Origin: Pseudomonadota bacterium
Lineage (GTDB): Archaea > Thermoplasmatota > SW-10-69-26 > JACQPN01 > JAJPHT01
Length of the DNA: 64,000 nucleotides
Reading direction: 5' to 3'
NCBI GenBank assembly: GCA_021325135.1
Contig: JAJPHT010000036.1
Location: 64,001-128,000, forward strand
Positions 30,766 through 38,898 of this stretch are shown here, one piece after another (positions within the stretch are counted from its first letter, which is position 1; each line of letters starts with the position of its first letter). Under the pieces are notes generated by a model that was given only the letters and a program-made list of their open reading frames with translations, was not told the DNA's origin and ran no database searches. A program made the translations under genes and the position numbers.

Positions 30766-30901
30766 CGAGGCCGGGGTCGGAGCCACCTCGCCTATGAAGC
30801 CTCGCTGGGCGTCGGTGCGACGGCGGAGAAGCGGGCAGCCCAGGGGGCGTGCGGGGATCGAGCCAGAAACGATTCTCCCCCGCTGGCCGCTCGCCGGCCG
30901 C

Positions 30902-31420
30902 ATGGACAACCTCCACGACCTTTTCGAGCACGAGCTGAAGGACATCTACGACGCCGAGAACAAGCTCGTCGCCGCGCTCCAGACGCTGGAGAGCGAGGCG
31001 GGCGACGAGAAGCTCCGCGAGGCGTTCCGCGCGCACCTCCAGGAGACGCGCGGCCACGTGCAGCGCCTGGAGAACGTCTTCGACATCTGGGGCCGGGAGC
31101 CCAGCCGGGGCGAGGGCTGCAAGGGCATCGACGGCCTCCTGGAGGAGAAGCGCTCGCTGGACCGCAAGGGCGACCTGGGCGAGCCCGTGCGCGACATCTT
31201 CAACGCCGGCGCGGCCGTGAAGACGGAGCGCTACGAGATCTCCGCCTACGAGGGGCTCATCGGCCTCGCGCGCTCGCTCCAGCTGGAGGACGTGGTCCAG
31301 CTCCTGCAGAAGAACCTCGACGAGGAGGTGGCCGCGCTGGAGAAGGTGAAGGGCATCCTGGACACGCGCCTCATGGGCGAGGTCCAGACGCGCCAGCAGC
31401 CCCGCCGCGCGACGCGCTGA
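30902..31420 (+). CDS. yciF: YciE/YciF (DUF892) ferritin-like protein
   Basis: LFEHELKDIYDAE, HLQETRGHVQRLE, CKGIDGLLEE, ERYEISAY, NLDEE. Confidence 0.9.
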   Translation: MDNLHDLFEHELKDIYDAENKLVAALQTLESEAGDEKLREAFRAHLQETRGHVQRLENVFDIWGREPSRGEGCKGIDGLLEEKRSLDRKGDLGEPVRDIFNAGAAVKTERYEISAYEGLIGLARSLQLEDVVQLLQKNLDEEVAALEKVKGILDTRLMGEVQTRQQPRRATR

Positions 31421-31425
31421 TCGCG

Positions 31426-32334
31426 TCACGAGAGGACCGGAAGCGCCTGCTCCAGGTCGAGGGCGGGCCGCCACAGGTCGCCCTTCTCCTCGACGCGCTC
31501 CAGCACGTCCTCCACGAGGAAGCGCATCCTCGCCGCCTCGCCGCTGCGCGCGACGGCCTCCACCTCCTCCCACGTCACGGGCGTCGAGACGGTGGGGAAC
31601 GCCTTCGCGCGAAGCGAGTAGGCGCACACCGTCGTCTTGTGGTCGTCGTTCTGGCTCCAGTCCACGAGCACGCGGCCCGGGCGCTCCGAGCGGCTCATGT
31701 TGGTCGTGACCGTCTCCGGCGTCTCGCGCTCCAGGATCTCGCCCACGGCGCGCGCGAAGGGCTTCGTCTCCTCGTAGGTCGTGGGCGTGTTCAGGGGGAC
31801 CATGACCTGGAGCCCCTTGGAGCCCGACGTCTTCGCCAGCGCGACGAGGCCAAGCTCGTCGAAGAGGTCGCGCACGCGCAGGCCCAGCCGGCAGCAGTCC
31901 ACGATGTCCGTGCCCTCGCCGGGGTCGAGGTCGAAGACGAGGCCGTCGGGCCGGGAGACGTCGCCCTTGCGGTGGAGGAACGTGTGCAGCTCCAGGTCGG
32001 CGAGGTTCGCGGCCCACACCAGGCTTGGCAGCGAGTCGAGCACGCAGTAGTCGATGTCCTTCCCACGCGTCTCGCTGTAGACCGGCGCCGTGCGCACGAA
32101 GGAGGGGCGGTACGGGGGGCATTGCTTCTCGTAGAAGAACGAGCCCTCGACGCCGTCGGGATATCGTTTCAGCGTGACGGGGCGGTCCTTGAGGTGCGGC
32201 AGCAGCGTGGGCGCGACGCGGCGGTAGTAGTCGATGACGTGCGCCTTGGTGAAGCCCGCCTGCGGATAGAGGACCTTCTCCAGGTGGGTCAGCTCCAGCC
32301 GATGCCCGCCGATCTCCACCACCGAGGACGTCAC
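31426..32334 (-). CDS. ligD: LigD polymerase (NHEJ primase-polymerase), standalone
   Basis: THLEKVLYP, RYPDG, FFYEK, PDGLVFDLDP, KTSGSKGLQV, DWSQN, YSLRA, VSTPVTWEE. Confidence 0.95.
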   Translation of the reverse strand: MTSSVVEIGGHRLELTHLEKVLYPQAGFTKAHVIDYYRRVAPTLLPHLKDRPVTLKRYPDGVEGSFFYEKQCPPYRPSFVRTAPVYSETRGKDIDYCVLDSLPSLVWAANLADLELHTFLHRKGDVSRPDGLVFDLDPGEGTDIVDCCRLGLRVRDLFDELGLVALAKTSGSKGLQVMVPLNTPTTYEETKPFARAVGEILERETPETVTTNMSRSERPGRVLVDWSQNDDHKTTVCAYSLRAKAFPTVSTPVTWEEVEAVARSGEAARMRFLVEDVLERVEEKGDLWRPALDLEQALPVLS

Positions 32335-33125
32335 GCGCTCGCTTCCTCGCTTCCCCTGCGTCGCGCGGCTTCAAGGCTCTTCTGGAGGGCGTCCGCCAGG
32401 TCCGCCGGCCGCCTGGCCTGCACCTTGGGGGGCAGCACGACCTCGCGCCCCTCGGCCTTGCCTTCGAGGTAGGCCAGCAGGCGCGCCCGGTGCTCGTCCG
32501 GGTAGCGGCCCGGGTCGAACGTGGTGGTCAGCGCGTCGATGAGCTGCCCCGCCATCTCGACCTCGCGCGGGCCGGGCGGCGCGGGCTCCGCAAGCTCCAG
32601 GTCCGCCTGGGGCACCACCTCGTCGGCGTGGAGCATCGTCTCCATGGCCAGCGCGTCGCCCACCGCGCGCACGGCGACCAGGTGCTCCTTGCCGCGCATG
32701 ACGACGCGCGCGATGGCCACGCGGCCCGCCTTGCGCATGGCCTCCACGAGCAGGCGGTACGCCTTGCCGGCGCCCTTGTCGGGCACGAGCCAGTACGCCT
32801 TCTCGAAGTAGAGGGGATCGATCTCGGAGAGGTCCACGAAGTCCTGGATCTCGATGGCGTCGGTGGCCTCCGGATCGAGCGCCTCCAGCTCCTCGTCCGT
32901 GACCGTGACGAAGCCCTCGCCCACGGGCCACCCCTTGACGATGTGGTCGGGAGACACCTCCTCGCCCTCCGCGCTGCAGACCTTCCTGTACTGGATGCGC
33001 GCGCCGTCGGCGTCGTGCAATTGGTGGAAGCGCACGTCGCGGGGGCGCTGCGCGCTGACGACGCGCACGGGCACGTTCACGAGGCCGAAGCCCAGGGAGC
33101 CCTTCCAGAGGGAGCGCGGCGGGAT
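32331..33125 (-). CDS. ku: Ku protein (NHEJ); conserved N-terminus has no canonical in-frame start
   Basis: (I)PPRSLWKGSLGFGLVNVPV, RFHQLH, IDPLYFEKAYWLVP, AYRLLVEAM, FDPGRYPD, DLADALQKSL. Confidence 0.93.
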   Translation of the reverse strand: MPPRSLWKGSLGFGLVNVPVRVVSAQRPRDVRFHQLHDADGARIQYRKVCSAEGEEVSPDHIVKGWPVGEGFVTVTDEELEALDPEATDAIEIQDFVDLSEIDPLYFEKAYWLVPDKGAGKAYRLLVEAMRKAGRVAIARVVMRGKEHLVAVRAVGDALAMETMLHADEVVPQADLELAEPAPPGPREVEMAGQLIDALTTTFDPGRYPDEHRARLLAYLEGKAEGREVVLPPKVQARRPADLADALQKSLEAARRRGSEEASA

Positions 33126-33129
33126 GCTA

Positions 33130-34530
33130 TCACGCCTCCTCGCGCACGACGTCCTCGGGCGCCTTGTCGGCGCGGAGCCCCTTGTAGGAGGGGTGCCTGA
33201 GGCGGCCGGAGGCGGTCCACTCCGTGAACTCGAACTCGGCCACCAGGCGCGGCTCCACGAAGACGACCTCTTTCTTGTCCACGGACCCCGCGAAGGGGGA
33301 TGCCTCGCGGCGCAGCGGCTCCAGCAGCCCCTTCAGGCGGGCCAATTCGCGCGCCGTGAATCCCGTGCCCACGCTGCCCGCGTACAGGAGGCGTTGAGGC
33401 TCGCCGCGTTCGCGCGCCTCGTCGGGGGGCGCGTCGTGCACGCCCACGAGGAGCGCGCCGATCTGCCCCCGCCGCGCGCCGCGGCCCGTGGTGTAGCCGC
33501 CGATCACAAGCTCCTGCCGGCGCTGGAGCTTGATCTTCCGCCACGCGCCGCTGCGCGCGCCGGGCTCGTAGACGGAGCCCAGCCGCTTGGCCACCGCGCC
33601 CTCGACGCCGGGAATTGCAAGCACCGCGCGCCCGTCGCCCACCACCGAGGGCGAGACGCGCCACGCCTCGCCGCTGAGGCCCAGGGAGAGCAGCGCGGCG
33701 CGCCGCTCCTCGTAGGGGCTGCCCGTGAGGTCGCGGCCGTCCAGGTAGAGAAGGTCGAACGCCACGAACGTCACGGGCGCTTCCCGGCTCTTCTGCTCGA
33801 CGCCGGTTTTCGATCCGACGCCTAGGCGGGACTGGAGACGCTGGAAGCTTGGCCGCCCGCTCCCGTCGAACGCGACGATCTCCCCATCGAGGATCGCGCG
33901 ACGCCCCCGCAGCGCCCCCGCGAGAGGCGCCAGCTCGGGGTACTGCGCCGTCACGTCCTGGAGCGTCCGCGAGAGCACGCGCACGCGCCCGTCGCGCACG
34001 TGCAGCAGCGCGCGGATGCCGTCCCACTTGATCTCGAACGCCCACCGCTCCGGGTCCGTGGGATAGGGCGCCGCGTGCGCGAGCATGGGCAGCACGCGCT
34101 CCGGCATCGGCCGCAGGCTGGGCGGATCGAGCCGCGTCAGGCGCCACTGCACGCCGCGCTCGTGCCGGAGCAGATAGCGGCCGAGCACGCGGCGGCCCTC
34201 CAGGCGAAGCTCGCGCGCGGCCGCATCGCCCCCGTGCCGCCGCAGGACATAGGGCCCCGCGTCCCACGCCGGATCGGGCGTCGCGCTGGGCTCCCGCGAC
34301 GTGGCGGGCCGCGACTCCCCCTCCGCCCACGGGACGCCCGCGGGGAGCGCCCACGTGAGCGAGCCGGACGGGCCCTCCAGCACCAGCGACCACTCGAAGG
34401 GGGCCGTCGCGCGGTGGCGCAGGGCGAAGCGGCCGGCGCCGCCCACCAGGCGCGAGAGGTCCTCGGGCGTGACCACGGGCGCGGCAGGCCACGCCCCCCG
34501 CGCCTCGGCCGGTCGCGAGCCTTGCGTCAT
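33130..34530 (-). CDS. ligD: LigD ATP-dependent DNA ligase with a degenerate N-terminal phosphoesterase-like domain
   Basis: EIKWDGIR, LDGEIV, FVAFDLL, EGAVAK, WRKIK, YAGSVGTGF, RLRHPS; start taken as ATG 34530. Confidence 0.93.
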   Translation of the reverse strand: MTQGSRPAEARGAWPAAPVVTPEDLSRLVGGAGRFALRHRATAPFEWSLVLEGPSGSLTWALPAGVPWAEGESRPATSREPSATPDPAWDAGPYVLRRHGGDAAARELRLEGRRVLGRYLLRHERGVQWRLTRLDPPSLRPMPERVLPMLAHAAPYPTDPERWAFEIKWDGIRALLHVRDGRVRVLSRTLQDVTAQYPELAPLAGALRGRRAILDGEIVAFDGSGRPSFQRLQSRLGVGSKTGVEQKSREAPVTFVAFDLLYLDGRDLTGSPYEERRAALLSLGLSGEAWRVSPSVVGDGRAVLAIPGVEGAVAKRLGSVYEPGARSGAWRKIKLQRRQELVIGGYTTGRGARRGQIGALLVGVHDAPPDEARERGEPQRLLYAGSVGTGFTARELARLKGLLEPLRREASPFAGSVDKKEVVFVEPRLVAEFEFTEWTASGRLRHPSYKGLRADKAPEDVVREEA

Positions 34531-34605
34531 GCGGGTCGCTCCGCCGCCTGGCGAAGCGGGCATGAGGGTTCCCGAACGATGGCCGGCGGGCGGCTCCCGG
34601 GCGGG

Positions 34606-34698
34606 CCCACGGGTGTGGTCACACCCGGGGAGGCTCGCCGCCCCACCCGTGGTCACGCCCGTGGCGAGCCGGCCCCACGGGTGGGACCACACCCGTGG
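34606..34698. promoter_or_regulatory. Cluster of palindromic GTGGTC(A/C)C(A/G)CCCG boxes between the divergent NHEJ and lysW operons
   Basis: Copies at 34615-34627 (+), 34649-34661 (+) and 34678-34690 (-); a fourth at 34464-34476 (-). Confidence 0.55.
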
Positions 34699-34730
34699 CC
34701 CCCTTTCCGCGGCCACGCCCTCGGATTCAC

Positions 34731-34815
34731 CCAAAATTTCAAATACAAGCTACGCTTTCGCCGCCTCCACACACGGTTTCCGCCAATTCAACTGCGGAAA
34801 CCGCCAATGGAGTGA
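34731..34815 (+). promoter_or_regulatory. Putative BRE/TATA promoter, leader hairpin and RBS of the lysW operon
   Basis: ccaaaatttcaaata AT patch; perfect 10-bp inverted repeat cggtttccgc/gcggaaaccg at 34774-34803; GGAGTGA at 34809-34815. Confidence 0.55.
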
Positions 34816-34821
34816 CCCCCC

Positions 34822-34983
34822 ATGACCGAATGTCTCGACTGCGGCGCGGACATCGCGCTGCGCAATCCCGTTGTCGGCGAGATCGTCGACTGCCCGGACT
34901 GCGGCCTGGAGCTGGAGGTCCGGGGCCTGAGCCCCGTGACGCTGGAGCCCGCCCCCGAAGTGGCAGAAGACTGGGGCGAGTGA
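34822..34983 (+). CDS. lysW: Amino-group carrier protein LysW (absent from the ORF track)
   Basis: MTECLDCGADIALRNPVVGEIVDCPDCGLELEVRGLSPVTLEPAPEVAEDWGE*; two CxxC and the C-terminal EDWGE. Confidence 0.97.
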   Translation: MTECLDCGADIALRNPVVGEIVDCPDCGLELEVRGLSPVTLEPAPEVAEDWGE

Positions 34984-34984
34984 G

Positions 34985-36124
34985 ATGCGCAAGGTCCAGC
35001 TTCTGGACTCGACCCTCCGCGAGGGCGAGCAGACCCCCGGCGTCTCGTTCACGCTGGAGCAGAAGCTGGCCATCGCGCGCAAGCTGGACGCCTTCGGCAT
35101 CGACTTCATCGAGGCGGGGCACCCCGCGGTGAGCGAGGAGGTCTTCCACGCGACGCGGGAGGTCGCGCGGCTGGGCCTCTCCGCCGAGGTGGTCGCGCAC
35201 TCGCGCGCGCTCAAGGGCGACATCGACCTGGCGCTGCGCACGGACGCGGACTGGGTGGGCATCTTCTTCAGCGTCGCGGACAAGCGGCTGGAGGAGCAGT
35301 TCCGGAAGGACATCGACCAGGCCATCGGGCTCATCCAGGACTGCGTGTCCTACGCCAAGGCGCACGGCCTGAAGGTGCGCTACACGCCGGAGGACACCGT
35401 CAGAAGTGACATCAACAAGGTGATCCGCATCTCGCAGGCCGCGTCGGAGGCTGGCGCGGACCGCATCGGGGTCGCGGACACGACGGGTTACATGACGCCT
35501 TCGCGCATGCACGGCTTCGTCTCGGCGCTGCGGGAGGCGGTGCCGGGCCGGACCGCGATCGGCGTCCATTGCCACAACGACCTGGGCATGGCCGTCGCGA
35601 ACTCGTTCGCCGCCGTGGAGGCCGGCGCGAGCGTGGTCGACGTGACGGTGAACGGGCTCGGGGAGCGCACGGGCATCGCGCCGCTGGCCGAGATGGCCGT
35701 GGCGCTGAGGCTGCGCGCCGGGGTGGAGGCCCCCTGGCGCCTGGACGCGCTCCCCGGGCTCTCGGCTATGGTGGAAGAGATGAGCGGCGTCCCGACGTGG
35801 CGGCAGGCCCCCATCGTGGGCGCGAACGCGTTCACGCACAACGCGGGCCTGCACGTCGCGGCGGTGCTGCTCAACCCCGAGCACTACGAGAGCATTCCCG
35901 CCGACCTCGTGGGGCGCACGCGCCGGCTCGTGGTGGACAAGATGGCGGGCCGCCCCACCGTCAAGTACCGCCTGGAGGCCTTGGGCCTCGACGCGTGCGA
36001 CGAGATGGTCGACCTCGTGCTCGCCTACGTGAAGCGCCGCGGAGTGAACGACGCCAGCGACGACGACCTGCGCCGCATCCACGAGGACCTCTGCGCGATG
36101 CGCGAGCTTGTGAAGGTGATCTGA
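34985..36124 (+). CDS. Homocitrate synthase
   Basis: LDSTLREGEQ, ADTTG, HCHNDLG, GLGERTG, FTHNAGLH; lies in the lysW operon. Confidence 0.88.
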   Translation: MRKVQLLDSTLREGEQTPGVSFTLEQKLAIARKLDAFGIDFIEAGHPAVSEEVFHATREVARLGLSAEVVAHSRALKGDIDLALRTDADWVGIFFSVADKRLEEQFRKDIDQAIGLIQDCVSYAKAHGLKVRYTPEDTVRSDINKVIRISQAASEAGADRIGVADTTGYMTPSRMHGFVSALREAVPGRTAIGVHCHNDLGMAVANSFAAVEAGASVVDVTVNGLGERTGIAPLAEMAVALRLRAGVEAPWRLDALPGLSAMVEEMSGVPTWRQAPIVGANAFTHNAGLHVAAVLLNPEHYESIPADLVGRTRRLVVDKMAGRPTVKYRLEALGLDACDEMVDLVLAYVKRRGVNDASDDDLRRIHEDLCAMRELVKVI

Positions 36125-36985
36125 ATGGTGAAGATCGGGCTCATCTGGAGCCGCATCCGCAACGACGAGAAGATGCTCATGGACGCCGCGCGGGATCGCG
36201 GCGTGGACCTCGTCCCCATCGACGACCGCGAGCTGGTGCTCCCCGTCCACGAGCCGCCCAATGAGCTGCTGGGCTTCGACGCGTTCCTGGAGCGCGGCAT
36301 CTCGTACTACGCGAGCCACTACGTCACCATGGCGCTGGAGCAGTACGGCTTCCCCTGCGTGAACCCGCACCGCGTGCTGGTCAACTGCGGCGACAAGGCG
36401 CTCACGTCCTTCCTGCTCGCGCGCCACGGCGTGCCGACCCCGCGGACGTACCTCGCCTTCGAGGAGGAGAGCAGCCTGCGCGCGGTGGAGGCGGCGCGCT
36501 ACCCCGCGGTCCTCAAGCCCGTCGTGGGCTCGTGGGGCCGCCTCATCGCCAAGGCGCCCGACCGCGAGACGGCCCTGGCCCTCCTGGAGCACAAGCGCAC
36601 GCTGGGCAGCGTGCAGCACGGCGTGACCTACGCGCAGGAGTACGTCGAGAAGCCGGGCCGCGACATCCGCGCCTTCTGGGTGGGCGACCGCGTCGTCGCG
36701 GCCATCTACCGCACCAACGACAAGCACTTCATCACCAACACCGCGCAGGGCGGCCGCGCCAGCGCGTGCCCCGTGACGCCGGAGATCAACGAGATCTGCG
36801 CCCGCGCCGCGGAGGCCGTGGGCGGCGGCGTGCTGGCCATGGACCTCATGGAGACCGCCAGCGGCCTGACGTGCCACGAGGTCAACCACACCATGGAGTT
36901 CAAGAACAGCGTCGCGCCCACCGGCGTCGACATCCCCGGGCACATCATCGATTACGTGGTGGAAGTCGCGAAGGGGCGGCGCTGA
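36125..36985 (+). CDS. lysX: Alpha-aminoadipate--LysW ligase
   Basis: ATP-grasp: [37 protein letters not shown]. Confidence 0.95.
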   Translation: MVKIGLIWSRIRNDEKMLMDAARDRGVDLVPIDDRELVLPVHEPPNELLGFDAFLERGISYYASHYVTMALEQYGFPCVNPHRVLVNCGDKALTSFLLARHGVPTPRTYLAFEEESSLRAVEAARYPAVLKPVVGSWGRLIAKAPDRETALALLEHKRTLGSVQHGVTYAQEYVEKPGRDIRAFWVGDRVVAAIYRTNDKHFITNTAQGGRASACPVTPEINEICARAAEAVGGGVLAMDLMETASGLTCHEVNHTMEFKNSVAPTGVDIPGHIIDYVVEVAKGRR

Positions 36986-38026
36986 ATGGCCTTCCGGGTG
37001 GGGATCGTCGGCGCGTCGGGCTACGGCGGCGGCGAGCTTCTGCGCCTCGCCCTGCGGCACCCGCAGCTCGAGGTCGCCTACGCCACGAGCAACCGCTTCG
37101 CCGGCGAGAAGGTCCGGACGGTCCATCCGAACCTCCGCGGCCCCGCGGGGGACCTCACGTTCCACCGCCACGAGGACGCGCACACGAAGAGCGTCGACGC
37201 GGTGTTCCTCTGCGGCCCGCACGGCACCAGCGCGCCCGCCATCACGCACCACATGAAGGCGGCGGAGCGCGTCTTCGACCTCTCGGCGGACTTCCGCCTG
37301 CGCGACGCGGGCGCCTACGCGAAGCACTACAAGGGCTGGCAGCATCCGCACCCCGAGCTTCTCGCGCAGCGCGCCTACGGCATCGCCGAGCTTCACCGCG
37401 AGGAGATCAAGGGCGCGAGGCTCGTGAGCGGCGCGGGCTGCATCGCCACGACCGCGATCCTGAGCCTCGCGCCGATCCGCGGCCTGCTCCAGGAGGGCAT
37501 GCCCGTCGTCGTGGACGCGAAGGTGGGCAGCAGCGCGGCGGGCGCCGAGGCCAGCGCGAGCACGCACCACCCCGAGCGCCGCGACGTGGTGAGGCCCTAC
37601 GCGCCCACGGGCCACCGCCACGAGGCGGAGATCCTCCAAGAGACGGGCCTGCGCGCGGGCCTCTCGTGCCACGCCATCGAGCTGGTGCGCGGCATCCTCG
37701 CCACGTCCCACGTCTGGGTCCGGCCCGGCACGACGGAGAAGGACGTCTGGCGCGCCTTCCGCGCGAGCTATCAGGACGAGCCCTTCGTCCGCGTCGTGAA
37801 GGAGAGGAGCGGCCTCTACCGCTATCCGGAGCCCAAGCTCCTCGCGGGCACCAACGAGTTCCACGTCGGCTTCGAGCTTGACGAGGAGACGAATCGCCTC
37901 GTGGTCCTGGGCGCCCTGGACAACCTCTGCAAGGGCACGGCGGGCGCGGCGATCCAGAACTTCAACGTCGCCTTCGGGCTGCCGGAGACCACCGGGCTAT
38001 CGGACCTCACGGGGCTGCATCCATGA
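36986..38026 (+). CDS. lysY: LysW-aminoadipate-phosphate reductase (ArgC family)
   Basis: GASGYGGGELLRL, DLSADFRL, GAGCIAT, HRHEAEI, LDNLCKG. Confidence 0.93.
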   Translation: MAFRVGIVGASGYGGGELLRLALRHPQLEVAYATSNRFAGEKVRTVHPNLRGPAGDLTFHRHEDAHTKSVDAVFLCGPHGTSAPAITHHMKAAERVFDLSADFRLRDAGAYAKHYKGWQHPHPELLAQRAYGIAELHREEIKGARLVSGAGCIATTAILSLAPIRGLLQEGMPVVVDAKVGSSAAGAEASASTHHPERRDVVRPYAPTGHRHEAEILQETGLRAGLSCHAIELVRGILATSHVWVRPGTTEKDVWRAFRASYQDEPFVRVVKERSGLYRYPEPKLLAGTNEFHVGFELDEETNRLVVLGALDNLCKGTAGAAIQNFNVAFGLPETTGLSDLTGLHP

Positions 38027-38898
38027 TCCGCAGCGACAGCGAGGATGGCCGCCGGAGCCCGCAGGCTGCGGCGAGCATCGTCGTCAAGGTCGGCGGCGGC
38101 GCGGGCATCGACGTGGAGGCCGTGCTGGATGATATCGCCCAGATGTGGAAAGAGGGCGAGAGGGTCGTCCTCGTGCACGGCGCCAGCGACGAGACGAACC
38201 AGCTCAGCGAAAGGCTCGGCATCCCGCCGCGCTTCGTCACGTCCGTCTCGGGGCACGTCTCGCGCTTCACGGACGAGGCCACGCTGGACGCCTTCGCCAT
38301 GGCCAGCGGCAAGCTGAACCTGCGCGTCGTGGAGAGCCTCCAGAAGCGCGGCTGCAACGCCGTCGGGCTCACGGGCGTGGACGGCCGCCTGCTGGAGGGC
38401 CAGCGCAAGGACGCCATCAAGGCCGTCGTCGATGGCAAGAAGGTCGTGCTGCGGGGCGACCACACGGGCACCATCGAGACGGTGAACGCGGGCCTGCTGC
38501 GCCTCCTGCTGGAGAACGGCTATCTCCCCGTGGTCACGGTCCCGGCCATCAGCGCCGCGGGCGAGGCCGTGAACGCCGATGCGGACCGCGCGGCCGCCGC
38601 CATCGCGGGCGCGCTGGGCGCCGAGGCGCTGATCATCCTGAGCAACGTGCCGGGCCTGCTGCGCGACGTGGACGACCCCTCGTCGCTGATCTCCCGCGTC
38701 CCGCAGGAGGGCCTGGCGCGCGCCGCCGAGTTCGCGCAGGGGCGCTTCAAGAAGAAGATCCTCGGCGCGGAGGAGGCCTTCGCGCTGGGCGTCGGCCGCG
38801 TCGTGTTCGCGACCGCGAACCGGACGGACCCCGTGCTTTCCGCCCGGAACGGAGGCGGAACGCACATCTTCCGGCCCGGCTTCGAGGTGCCTCGATGA
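38023..38898 (+). CDS. lysZ: LysW-aminoadipate kinase (ArgB family)
   Basis: VVKVGGG, VLVHGAS, GHVSRFTD, NADADRAAA, LSNVPGLL. Confidence 0.93.
   Translation: MIRSDSEDGRRSPQAAASIVVKVGGGAGIDVEAVLDDIAQMWKEGERVVLVHGASDETNQLSERLGIPPRFVTSVSGHVSRFTDEATLDAFAMASGKLNLRVVESLQKRGCNAVGLTGVDGRLLEGQRKDAIKAVVDGKKVVLRGDHTGTIETVNAGLLRLLLENGYLPVVTVPAISAAGEAVNADADRAAAAIAGALGAEALIILSNVPGLLRDVDDPSSLISRVPQEGLARAAEFAQGRFKKKILGAEEAFALGVGRVVFATANRTDPVLSARNGGGTHIFRPGFEVPR

Noticed and set aside
34606-34698. Possible mini-CRISPR array
   Set aside because: Repeats are degenerate and in mixed orientation, spacers are only about 10-20 nt, and there are no cas genes.
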